From contig CBDDCK010000005.1 of assembly GCA_965225855.1 (NCBI GenBank), forward strand, positions 480,001 to 544,000: 64,000 nt of DNA, written 5' to 3'. Source of the stretch: Spirochaetia bacterium. GTDB lineage: Bacteria; Spirochaetota; Spirochaetia; SP-2023. Both the position numbers and the translations under genes were made by a program. The notes below the pieces were generated by a model. The model saw only the letters and a program-made list of their open reading frames with translations. It was not told the origin of the DNA and did not search any database. Below are positions 42,235 to 51,358 of this stretch, in pieces; position 1 is the stretch's first letter, and each line of letters begins with the position of its first letter.

Positions 42235-43197
42235 ATGCCAAACAAATCACATTTTAATAAAGGACATATTGCACTCAATAATCAAAGAAAAAATGGCGTT
42301 AGCCATAGTTCTAAAATAGATTTACCGGCGCATAATGTCAAAAAAACAACTCATACGGTTTTCATTCAAGATGCTGTCAAGGCGTTAAAAAATATTCCTG
42401 ACAATACGATTCAATTAATCTTGATCGATCCACCTTATAATTTAGATTTAGATTATTGGGATACCTTTGAGAATTATTTGGAGTGGGCTAAATTGTGGCT
42501 GGACCCAATATACAGAGTTTTAGCACCTTCTGGAAATTGCGTTATCTTTGGAGGTTTTCAGTATCAAGACCTTAAAAAGGGAGACCTTTTAGAAATACTG
42601 TATTACACAAGGCATTCGACTAATTTGCGTTTTGTAAATCTTATAATATGGTATTACAGAAATGGAATGAGTGCTCATAGGTTTTTTGCAAACCGGCATG
42701 AAGAAGCAGTTTGGTTGTCAAAAACAAAAAAGTATTATTTTGATCTTGATTCGGTAAGAATTCTATACGATGAAGAAACAAAAAAAATCTATAAAAAGGA
42801 TAAAAGACTAAATCCTGATAGTGTAGATAAAGGCAAAAACCCTACAAATGTTTGGGAAATAAGTAGGCTTAACGGAAATTCAAAAGAGAGAGTCGGCCAC
42901 CCCACACAAAAACCAATAGAAATTATACGGAGATTTGTTCGCGGTCTTTCATACCCTGGTTCTCTAGTTCTTGATTTCTTTGCTGGATCAGGAACAACTG
43001 GCAGAGTTTGTATTGAAGAAGGTAGGAATTCAATATTGGTAGATGACGATTCTACTTTGAATGACTACCTTCAGACACATATAGAACAAATAGATGATAC
43101 GTTTATGAAACCTTATGAAATAGTTCAGGGTAACGATATATCTAAAACTATTAGTAAAGTTTGGAATATCGATCGTAATAAAGTAGTATCCGTTTAG
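42235..43197 (+). CDS. Orphan beta-class N6-adenine methyltransferase, M.RsrI-like (probably GAATTC)
   Basis: DPPYN before [60 protein letters not shown] match M.RsrI as recalled. Confidence 0.88.
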   Translation: MPNKSHFNKGHIALNNQRKNGVSHSSKIDLPAHNVKKTTHTVFIQDAVKALKNIPDNTIQLILIDPPYNLDLDYWDTFENYLEWAKLWLDPIYRVLAPSGNCVIFGGFQYQDLKKGDLLEILYYTRHSTNLRFVNLIIWYYRNGMSAHRFFANRHEEAVWLSKTKKYYFDLDSVRILYDEETKKIYKKDKRLNPDSVDKGKNPTNVWEISRLNGNSKERVGHPTQKPIEIIRRFVRGLSYPGSLVLDFFAGSGTTGRVCIEEGRNSILVDDDSTLNDYLQTHIEQIDDTFMKPYEIVQGNDISKTISKVWNIDRNKVVSV

Positions 43198-43253
43198 AAA
43201 GTTGGTTTAATCTGGGTGCGCATAATAAGAAAAATATCACGGTGGTTTATTGA
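43182..43253 (+). pseudogene. 3' fragment of a mod-3-like gene
   Basis: SSIRLESWFNLGAHNKKNITVVY* versus mod-3 SSICLEDWFNLGAHRTDKKNIAVVY*. Confidence 0.85.
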
Positions 43254-43286
43254 TGGAAACGGGAGTTTAAGTAAGGAATAAACAAT

Positions 43287-44618
43287 ATGGCACAAGACAG
43301 TATTCTGCAATTAAAAATTGAAAACTTTAGGGCTATCAAAAAGGCTGATATTGAGCTTAATGGCATTACTGTAGCAGTAGGTGAAAATGGGGCCGGTAAA
43401 AGTACTATTTCTAAATTACTGTATTATTCTATTAAGATTGTCAATTACTATGATGAAGTTATTTATGAAAAACTAAAAGATAGGATATATGAGATAATAA
43501 AAGTGTTATCATCTATCAACCGCTATTATGACAATGATGATTTGAAAAATGATTTAGATTCTGTAAGAAACAACGATGCTGTTAATAAAAAAGAATTGCT
43601 TATTGATATTATTGATCGTCTCCAAGAATATGATGATAAACAATTGGGTAGAAAAATAGACAAAATAAGGTATAGATTGCTATTGAATTTTATTATTAGA
43701 AATGATGTTGAGGACTTTGATAATATTAAGGATTCTAAGGATGTTTGGAATATCTTAAAGAAAAAGGTTGTCCAATTATATGACAATGCCCAAAAAGATA
43801 TTCAGGCCAGAAGTAAAAAAATCTTTGAAAACAAATTGGCTAGTGTGTTTAATCAGAAACTGAAAGACTTTGTTGTTTGTGAGCATGGTGAAGCTATTAT
43901 TAGCAGAGACGATCAGCTAGGACAATTTTTCAGTATATCTAATGCTATTTATATAGATAGCCCTATGGCGGTGGAACATCCGGCCTATAAGGGGCGTTGG
44001 GGATATAGGGATATAGATACCGATGCCTTTAGCCATTGGAAAGATTTAAACTTTTATCTTAAAGAGACCAATCAAAAGCATCTTGAAGAAATTAGAGATA
44101 CAGATATATATGGTGAATTGCAAGATATTTTTAGTTCTGACGAAATTTTAGATGGAAAAATATCCATTAATGAAGGACGAGAGGAATTAATATACCGTAG
44201 AAACGATGGCCAAAATTTTCCTATTTTGGATTGTGCCACAGGGGTAAAGTCGATTGCTATTTTACAAATGCTCTATATTAATGGCTGGTTGAGTAATAAA
44301 ACGCTATTAATTTTAGATGAACCCGAAACTCATTTGCACCCACAATGGATTGTGGAATATGCCCGATTGGTAGTTTGGCTGAACAAAAAAGTAGGGGTTA
44401 CGTTTTTTATAGCGTCTCATAATCCCGATATGGTAAGTGCGATACAAGATATTAGCGACAAACAAGGTATTAATGACAACCTTAAATTTTATCTTGCTAA
44501 AAAACAAGAAGACTATACTTATAAATTTAACGATCAAGGCACAGATGAAGAGAATATTTTTGCCTCATTTAACATAGCCATAAACAAGATAAATAAATAT
44601 GGCGGTGATGATGAGTAA
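43287..44618 (+). CDS. AAA_15/AAA_21-like ABC-type ATPase (defence-associated)
   Basis: IENFRAIKKA, GENGAGKST, ATGVKS signature, LILDEPETHLHP, ASHNP. Confidence 0.85.
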   Translation: MAQDSILQLKIENFRAIKKADIELNGITVAVGENGAGKSTISKLLYYSIKIVNYYDEVIYEKLKDRIYEIIKVLSSINRYYDNDDLKNDLDSVRNNDAVNKKELLIDIIDRLQEYDDKQLGRKIDKIRYRLLLNFIIRNDVEDFDNIKDSKDVWNILKKKVVQLYDNAQKDIQARSKKIFENKLASVFNQKLKDFVVCEHGEAIISRDDQLGQFFSISNAIYIDSPMAVEHPAYKGRWGYRDIDTDAFSHWKDLNFYLKETNQKHLEEIRDTDIYGELQDIFSSDEILDGKISINEGREELIYRRNDGQNFPILDCATGVKSIAILQMLYINGWLSNKTLLILDEPETHLHPQWIVEYARLVVWLNKKVGVTFFIASHNPDMVSAIQDISDKQGINDNLKFYLAKKQEDYTYKFNDQGTDEENIFASFNIAINKINKYGGDDE

Positions 44619-45102
44619 ATATTGCCAAAATGTAACCTTAAATCATAAAGTAGCTCAAGAATATATAGATTGTGTTCAATCAATTGATTGTATTTGCAGA
44701 GAAGAAAGTTTTCATGAAGGAAAAAAGAAATGTTGTGATGTAGAGAATATTACATTTGGAGATGCGCAAGCCATCAATTTAGATTGTGTAATGAGAAAAG
44801 AAAAACCTATTCTTGCTTCTGTGGATATAATAATAGGATTAAATAATAAACGATATGTTGGGATTGAATTAAAATTGAATGTTAAAAAAGTTCCTATAAA
44901 TGATTCACAACAACTTAAAAGGAAAAGGTGTAATACGCTGAAGAAACTTAAATGTCAAGAAAACAATATGGACTTTGTTTTAATTTATTGCAGAACTTCA
45001 AAAGCGGAAAATTATTTACATAGAATACAAAGAGAGAGAAATCCGCCAAAACACGGATATGAAATAATGTTTCTTGAAGATTTTAAAACAAAATTTTGGT
45101 AG
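44599..45102 (+). CDS. Hypothetical protein, possible PD-(D/E)xK nuclease, coupled to the ATPase
   Basis: Overlaps the ATPase stop (ATGAGTAA); SVD...GIELK motif; Cys-rich. Confidence 0.55.
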   Translation: MAVMMSKYCQNVTLNHKVAQEYIDCVQSIDCICREESFHEGKKKCCDVENITFGDAQAINLDCVMRKEKPILASVDIIIGLNNKRYVGIELKLNVKKVPINDSQQLKRKRCNTLKKLKCQENNMDFVLIYCRTSKAENYLHRIQRERNPPKHGYEIMFLEDFKTKFW

Positions 45103-45118
45103 AGAGTATTCAAAAACA

Positions 45119-45688
45119 TTATTCAAACAAGATTAGAGCTTTATAATAAACCAGAACATCAGCTAGGCTCGCTTGAGAGCCCAATAAATAAACGGAATTT
45201 TTTTGTAATAACCTTTCATATTTTGCTAAAGTTAGCAAGCATTGTTGTTGGGCCGCACGCCAGAAATGTTCACAACTAGAGCTAGGGCTTGAATGGCAAT
45301 TCCATTCATTTTTATAGCGTTCTGGGTATTTATAGCAGTCTAAATAATATTTGAATGGTCCATCATTTTCATTGCCGATCGCTTCAGTCTGCAATCTTTG
45401 TTCTTCATCAAGGCCTACCCACCAATTGTCTCTATCAAATTGGCCGTTATTTCGTTCTAAAGCCCAATGCATAATGTCCCAACTTTCCTCACAAAGATAC
45501 GCAGTTTCAGCATGGTAAAGTACAGGAACTGTAACCCGTTCTTTATGCGATAATTTTACTAAATCATAAGGCTTATTCTTCAAAGACACTTCAATCAAAG
45601 AAAAGGGTAATTGGCTATATTCAAGCACCATACGGCAGCGTATTGCATAAGGGCAACGCCTAAATGAATAAAAAATATATGGTTTCAT
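45119..45688 (-). CDS. Glutathione S-transferase family protein, probably C-terminally truncated
   Basis: YSFRRCPYAIR, TVPVL, EESWDIM, FKYYLDCYKY; ends 12 residues after SLAD. Confidence 0.8.
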   Translation of the reverse strand: MKPYIFYSFRRCPYAIRCRMVLEYSQLPFSLIEVSLKNKPYDLVKLSHKERVTVPVLYHAETAYLCEESWDIMHWALERNNGQFDRDNWWVGLDEEQRLQTEAIGNENDGPFKYYLDCYKYPERYKNEWNCHSSPSSSCEHFWRAAQQQCLLTLAKYERLLQKNSVYLLGSQASLADVLVYYKALILFE

Positions 45689-45776
45689 TATCGCTCCAGC
45701 AATGGCTATAAAGTAGGTTATTTTGTTTGACAGCTCTAAAGTAATTTTAGTGGTAAGCTAAAATCGAAACAAGATA

Positions 45777-45870
45777 GTTTCTATGCATAGAAACATTTTG
45801 TTTTTATAGATAGAATCGTTTTGTTTCTATTTATGGAATATCTTTATTTTTATATATAGAATTGTTATTT
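45777..45870. repeat. 23-bp-period palindromic tandem array, copy A (4 units)
   Basis: TAGAA/TGGAA at 45788, 45811, 45834, 45857; perfect 18-bp palindrome GTTTCTATGCATAGAAAC at 45777-45794. Confidence 0.8.
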
Positions 45871-45933
45871 GACAATTGTATTAAACTGTGTTTTAATAGG
45901 CAGCAATATTATATATATGCGGGGTTAAATGAT

Positions 45934-46641
45934 ATGGCAATAAAATATGAATTACTGAAAAATCATATTGGCAGTGAACCAAAAGGCTACCATGCCTTAG
46001 TATGTAACCAAAAGGTATATGACCGTAAAGAGTTTGTTGAGATGATGCTCAATCGCGGTACGTCATTGACTATAGCCGATATTGAAGCGGTGCTAGCTTG
46101 CCAAGAAGAAGTCATCAAACAAATAGTCAAAAATGGCGAAGGGCTCAATACGGGTGTCTTTATCATGCATATTGATATTAAAGGCAAATTTGACGATGCC
46201 AATAGTCCTTTTAACAAGTCCAGTAATAGCTTGGCCATCAATATAACGGCAAGTAAAGTACTGAAAGATCTTTTGGGTGATATAGATGTGGAACGAGTCT
46301 ACAGTTCTGGTAAAGAAGCCAAAATCACCGTTGTTGAAGATATAGACAGCCAGACTCAAGATAGTAAATTGACCCCTGGCGGCCCGATAAAAGTTCTAGG
46401 CAATCGCATTAAAATCAAAGCTGCTGTGCCTTCGGACAACAAAGAGGGTTTGTACGTAGTAAATATAGCTGATGATAGCGAAACAAAGTTTAATACACCG
46501 ATTCGCAATAAGCCTTCTGAATTGATTTATATCATTCCGACTTTGCCAGCAGGCCAATATAAGTTGGAGGTACGCACCTATAAAACAGGTGCTACTGCCC
46601 TAAAAATCATTGCCTTCGATACGGTATTTACAGTTAGTTAG
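45934..46641 (+). CDS. HU-like DNA-binding domain plus Ig-like DUF4469 protein
   Basis: RGTSLTIADIEAVL, IKGKFDD, LTPGGPIKVLGNRIKI, NKPSELI, LPAGQYKLEVRT; ATG 45934 preferred over TTG 45862, which lies inside the repeat. Confidence 0.75.
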   Translation: MAIKYELLKNHIGSEPKGYHALVCNQKVYDRKEFVEMMLNRGTSLTIADIEAVLACQEEVIKQIVKNGEGLNTGVFIMHIDIKGKFDDANSPFNKSSNSLAINITASKVLKDLLGDIDVERVYSSGKEAKITVVEDIDSQTQDSKLTPGGPIKVLGNRIKIKAAVPSDNKEGLYVVNIADDSETKFNTPIRNKPSELIYIIPTLPAGQYKLEVRTYKTGATALKIIAFDTVFTVS

Positions 46642-46715
46642 GTATAGGTTTTATGCCATATATTATTACTTAGTTTTAAGTGATCAAAAAATAAAGGTAA
46701 TGCCAATACTTTGTA

Positions 46716-48164
46716 ATGGAATCTAAAACAATTGAAAATCTTGAAAAACTCAAAATATTGAAAGATGATATTCTTTTAAGTGAAATAAATGAATTAGATG
46801 ACTCTTTAACAAGATATTTTTCTTCCGCTTTTAATATTGATGATGCCTTGACTAGAAAGATTGTCAGTTTCCAAGCAAATAAATCTCGCACATATTATAA
46901 ATTATATAAATATAAAGAGGCGTTTTCCGTAGATTTAGTAGAATATCTTTTTCATAAATATAAAGTAGAATATGGTAAAATTCTTGATCCTTTTGCTGGG
47001 TCTGGTACATCTTTGTTTGCTGTTTCATCATTAGGTTATCAAGCAGAAGGTATTGAACTCTTACATGTAGGACAAAAAATTATAAAAGCAAATATACTGA
47101 TTAGAAATGATAATAAGAAGAAAATTACTGCTGGATTGAAAACTTGGCTATATAAAAAACCTTGGAATAATAAAGGGGAAATTAAAGATTTTGAAATACT
47201 TCGTATAACTAATGGGGCATATCCCTATGAAACGCATCAAAAAATTAAGCGGTATCTTAATGATTTAGAATATGAAATACAAGAAATCAAAGAAATACTA
47301 TTATTTGCACTTCTGTCTATTCTTGAATCAATTAGTTACACAAGAAAAGATGGCCAATACCTTCGCTGGGACTATAGAGCTGGACGTAGAAATGGTAAAC
47401 ATATTTTTGATAAGGGAAAAATCTATTCATTTGATGAAAGTATCATAGAAAAGTTAGCTGAAATAATAAAAGATATAAATTATGAAGATAATAATGATGA
47501 TTTATTGTTTCTAAAACAAAAGAATATAGAAAAAGGGGATATTAGCTTATTAAAAGGTTCGTGTTTAGATATTTTGCCTAAACTAAAAGGATATAGTTAT
47601 TCTGGAATAGTAACATCACCACCTTATTGTAATCGTTATGACTATACGCGTACTTACGCATTAGAACATGCAATACTTGGTATAAATCAAAATAAATTAT
47701 CTAATTTAAGACAAGCCATGTTAAGTTGTACAGTAGAAAATAAAATAAAAGAGCTTACTAATTTAAGCTATGATTGGAAAATAGCGATAGAGATTTGTGA
47801 AAATTTACCATTACTGCAAAAAATATTAGATTATTTAGATTATAAAAAAGAGATAAAAAAGCTTAATAACAATGGTATTGCTCGTATGGTTAGAGGTTAT
47901 TTTTACGAAATGAGTTGTGTTACTCAAGAATGTTATAGAGTATTAGATAAAGATGGTATAATGTTTATGGTTAATGATAATGTTCGATATGCTGGGGCAG
48001 TAATACCTGTAGATATAATTCTTTCAAAAATAGCTGAAACAATCGGATTTAAGATAGAGAATATTCTTGTTCTGCCACAAAGTAAAGGCAATAGTTCTCA
48101 ACAAATGGGTACGTATGGGCGATCAGTTTTAAGAAAGTGTGTGTATATATGGAAGAAGATATAA
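46716..48164 (+). CDS. N4-cytosine methyltransferase, M.BsoBI/M.AvaI-like (CYCGRG)
   Basis: YKYKEAFS, LDPFAGSGT, TSPPYCNRYDYTRTYALE, KGNSSQQMG; adjacent to a BsoBI-like REase. Confidence 0.85.
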   Translation: MESKTIENLEKLKILKDDILLSEINELDDSLTRYFSSAFNIDDALTRKIVSFQANKSRTYYKLYKYKEAFSVDLVEYLFHKYKVEYGKILDPFAGSGTSLFAVSSLGYQAEGIELLHVGQKIIKANILIRNDNKKKITAGLKTWLYKKPWNNKGEIKDFEILRITNGAYPYETHQKIKRYLNDLEYEIQEIKEILLFALLSILESISYTRKDGQYLRWDYRAGRRNGKHIFDKGKIYSFDESIIEKLAEIIKDINYEDNNDDLLFLKQKNIEKGDISLLKGSCLDILPKLKGYSYSGIVTSPPYCNRYDYTRTYALEHAILGINQNKLSNLRQAMLSCTVENKIKELTNLSYDWKIAIEICENLPLLQKILDYLDYKKEIKKLNNNGIARMVRGYFYEMSCVTQECYRVLDKDGIMFMVNDNVRYAGAVIPVDIILSKIAETIGFKIENILVLPQSKGNSSQQMGTYGRSVLRKCVYIWKKI

Positions 48165-48167
48165 CAA

Positions 48168-49128
48168 ATGCCATTTAAAAATCATCTAAAGTCATATCAA
48201 GACTTAATTACCCCCTTATGAAGAAACAAGAGCAGGATTTATTTCATTAGCATTAGAAAAGAACAGAAAAGCAACGCCCTTTATTGAAGAAGCTAAAGCA
48301 CTCAAAGTATTTGCATCAAAAGCAAAAAGGCCAAAAGATTTATTGGAAATATACGAAATTAAAGACTCCCTACTTACAGCATCGGGAGTCTCTGAAAAAG
48401 CAAAAAACTACTTAGAAAAAGATGATAAAGAAGAGGCTATATACCAACTAATAAAGAATTTTTTAGAACCTGCTGGAAAGGCGTTTTTAGATGAATTAAT
48501 CTATCGTTTTTTGCTAACAAGAGGAGATTCTTTGGGCGGTAGTATGAGAAATCTAGCGGGTGTACTGGGAGAATGGCGGTTTACAAGAATGTTTATATCT
48601 ACCTGTTCCATTAGCGGAATAAATTTAGAATATCTTGATTCTAAAACTAAGAAATGGATAAATCATAATTCTGATCCTGAGATAGAGAAACAGATAAAAG
48701 GCTTATATTGGGTTTATAAAAACAAAGAGCGTACCATAATTTATAATTTAACTGTGCCAATATTAAAAAAGAATATTGACCTTTGCTTGTTTGATAGTTC
48801 TCCTAGTCAGATAGTATTTGGTAAAAATGCCAATTCGGTACACCATAATTTTACAAAATATCTTGCCTTAGGTGAATTAAAAGGTGGTATTGACCCAGCA
48901 GGAGCAGATGAACACTGGAAGACCGCCAATTCAGCATTAGCTAGAATTAGGGCTGCATTTTCTGAACAATGTTGTCCTGTTAAAACATTTTTTATTGGTG
49001 CGGCAATTGAAAATGCGATGGCAAAAGAAATATATGAACAATTGAATAATGGCATTCTTTCAAATGGGGCAAACTTAACAAATGAAAATCAAGTTGTTTC
49101 ATTGTGTAATTGGTTAATTAAATTATAA
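48168..49128 (+). pseudogene. BsoBI/AvaI-family type II restriction endonuclease with +1 frameshift at 48211-48217
   Basis: GELKGGIDPAGADEHWKTA, LTRGDSLGGSMRN. N-terminal MPFKNHLKSYQDLITP joins YEETRAGFISLALEKN if one base is removed from CCCCCTT, giving 319 aa. Confidence 0.88.
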
Positions 49129-49227
49129 AAAATATAGAATATCAATGCTGAAAATAAAAAATTCTATATGCCAACAAGAAATCTATTAAAATTGACTTAG
49201 TGGTACGGTAATAATGGTTAGGGGATT

Positions 49228-49362
49228 TTTCTATGTATAGAACTGTTCTCGTTTCTATATATACAATCGCTTTATTTCTATAGATAGAATCGTTTTGTTT
49301 TTATCTATAAGAATTTTTTGTCTTTATAGATAGAATCGCTTTGTTTGTATAGATAGAAATGA
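49228..49362. repeat. 23-bp-period palindromic tandem array, copy B (6 units)
   Basis: Unit starts at 49238, 49262, 49285, 49308, 49331, 49354; consensus TAGAATCGYTTTGTTTYTATAGA. Confidence 0.85.
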
Positions 49363-49502
49363 AAGTGTTGAAAATAGAGTTGTCGTATAATGAAATACGA
49401 AAAGAAAAACACTGCAAATAGAAGTATTAACGGAAACAACGAAAAGATTTCTATGGAATTATTCCTTTTTGCCTCTTCATTTTAACTTTATTGGTTGGGT
49501 AT

Positions 49503-50360
49503 TCATCTATTAATTCTCTTTTCTTTTACCTTAACAAGGGACTTTAAATTTTTGTTAAATTGTCTTGCATCAATAGAATAATGGGATTTTCTATGGCAGT
49601 TACGACATAGAGCTATCACGTTATAAGGATGATCGGGTCCACCATCTGATAGGCGATGTAAATGATGGCATTCCAGAAATGGTCCCGATTTTGTATTAAA
49701 TGGTGCAGGATTATTACAGGCCTCACAATTACCACCAGACCTTTTTAAGGCATAGAGTTTTATAGCCTGCGAACGATAATAGGTTTGTTTTTCAATAAGC
49801 TTGACTGTTTGTAAATTCTTTGCTTTCTTTAAGGCAGCGATTCTTAAATCACTAAGAGATTTCTTTTTAAGTTCTTCTTCCGATTCGGGTATATAGTCAT
49901 CAATTTCTTGTCGTCCAGCTAAACCAACTGTGGAATCAATATCTAAGTGAAATATGAAGGCCTTTCTCATCTTGTCATTTCTATCAGGCCTCTGCCCCTC
50001 ATGGTATCCTATACAATTGGCTTCTCCCATATAGCGTACAGAACCATCTCTTGTGGATTCAAACATATGGATAGTTTTGTTATTTTCTTTATGCGCTCTT
50101 AAGGCTTCATTTCCTTTATTCATCTTCATGTCGCCTTCTCGACCTTCTCCAGTATACCAGAAGATACCATTATCACTGTACTCATTTTTATACCCATACT
50201 CTTCTTCTTTATTATAATCAAAAATAAAAATTACTGGATATTCTGCAGGGGTCGAAATTCCATATTGATTCTGCCCCCCGTAAATATTATGGATTTCACC
50301 TTTTCTATTGTATTCTTTTCCAACTTCAAACACGATTAACTCCCAATTTATTAGCTTCAA
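49503..50360 (-). CDS. SRA-like plus HNH endonuclease (McrA-like, putative modification-dependent restriction)
   Basis: YGGQNQYGISTP, WYTGEGREGDM...GN, CEAC, LECHH...GGPD...IALCRNCHR; likely start GTG 50333. Confidence 0.82.
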   Translation of the reverse strand: MKLINWELIVFEVGKEYNRKGEIHNIYGGQNQYGISTPAEYPVIFIFDYNKEEEYGYKNEYSDNGIFWYTGEGREGDMKMNKGNEALRAHKENNKTIHMFESTRDGSVRYMGEANCIGYHEGQRPDRNDKMRKAFIFHLDIDSTVGLAGRQEIDDYIPESEEELKKKSLSDLRIAALKKAKNLQTVKLIEKQTYYRSQAIKLYALKRSGGNCEACNNPAPFNTKSGPFLECHHLHRLSDGGPDHPYNVIALCRNCHRKSHYSIDARQFNKNLKSLVKVKEKRINR

Positions 50361-50418
50361 TTTTTATGTTATGAAAATATTAATATGTTCCAATTCATTT
50401 ATACCATTTTACCCTCTG

Positions 50419-50502
50419 CATGTATAGAACCGTTTTGTTTCTATCTATAGAAATTTTTTGGTTTTATGGATAGAATAGGTTTGTTTTTATATATGGAAAT
50501 GA
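50419..50502. repeat. 23-bp-period palindromic tandem array, copy C (4 units)
   Basis: Unit starts at 50425, 50448, 50471, 50494; begins ATGTATAGAAC and ends GAAATGA like copy B. Confidence 0.8.
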
Positions 50503-50538
50503 TAGACGAATTTATAGGAAACAAGTTAGGTTTAAAAT

Positions 50539-50676
50539 ATGAACATCAAAGAAGAACAAACAACGGACAATATCAAAATACCCTATAATATGAAGATTCT
50601 CAAAAAGCATTTTTCACACTGCTTTGATAAAGCGGGGGCTTTTGATTTTAGTAAGCTGATAGTTATTATCTTTTGA
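50539..50676 (+). pseudogene. 5' fragment of a mod-2-like gene
   Basis: MNIKEEQTTDNIKIPYNMKILKKHFSHCFDKAGAFDFSK; 50608-50645 is identical over 38 bp to 52980-53017. Confidence 0.88.
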
Positions 50677-50687
50677 TAATTAAATTT

Positions 50688-51347
50688 TTATAAGTCTTTC
50701 ACAAAATCTTGCAATTCTTCTCTTAAAAATTTAAATATGTCTACGCTAAATTTCATAGATGCAAATATGTTAGGAATTATTTGCTCTTTTTTATCTAGTT
50801 GTTTTCTACTTCTAATTTGTGTTTGTTGCAATAAAATTCCATATTCTAATAAATTCAGCTTAATTTTGGGGTGGACTATCTGATTGTTTGCTTGCAAACA
50901 TTGTAAATAATTATCCATACATTCTAGTGATTTAGTTAAATCTATATCTCCTACTTGTTTATTCTTGCTTAAATATTGGATAACTAGGTTTTCTAACATA
51001 CCTTCAATAATAATAGGGTCTCCTAAATGTTGAATTACATTCGGATATAATAACTGTATTTGGCCTTTTGTGTTTTGGCTTTGTTGATTATTTGGGTCTT
51101 CATCACAAATAATTTTTGCAGGTACTCTGCGGAAAACATTGATTGACGTTAATCGCCCTAACATCTCTAGCCAATTTTTTATTCCATCTAAGCCACCACA
51201 ACTTATGATTACCGTATTTTTATCTGGCCTGTCACTCAAATTCCATCCACTGTTTATGGTTTTAGCGTCAATTTGCCATAATTGTTTCAAAAATTGATAG
51301 AGAAATTCTTGGTCATGGATACCTTCACAGATAAGTAGCTTTTCCAT
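50688..51347 (-). CDS. DUF3226-like TOPRIM-fold protein
   Basis: LLICEGIHDQEF, SCGG, IICDED, GMLENL, CMDNYLQCL; directly downstream of an ATPase. Confidence 0.7.
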   Translation of the reverse strand: MEKLLICEGIHDQEFLYQFLKQLWQIDAKTINSGWNLSDRPDKNTVIISCGGLDGIKNWLEMLGRLTSINVFRRVPAKIICDEDPNNQQSQNTKGQIQLLYPNVIQHLGDPIIIEGMLENLVIQYLSKNKQVGDIDLTKSLECMDNYLQCLQANNQIVHPKIKLNLLEYGILLQQTQIRSRKQLDKKEQIIPNIFASMKFSVDIFKFLREELQDFVKDL

Positions 51348-51358
51348 ATGGACTAATT

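Noticed and set aside
45777..50502. 23-bp arrays as type III toxin-antitoxin RNA repeats or integron attC sites
   Set aside because: Units are shorter than ToxI/AbiQ-type repeats, no ToxN-like gene follows, no clear RYYYAAC/GTTRRRY boxes were seen, and there is no integrase in the window.
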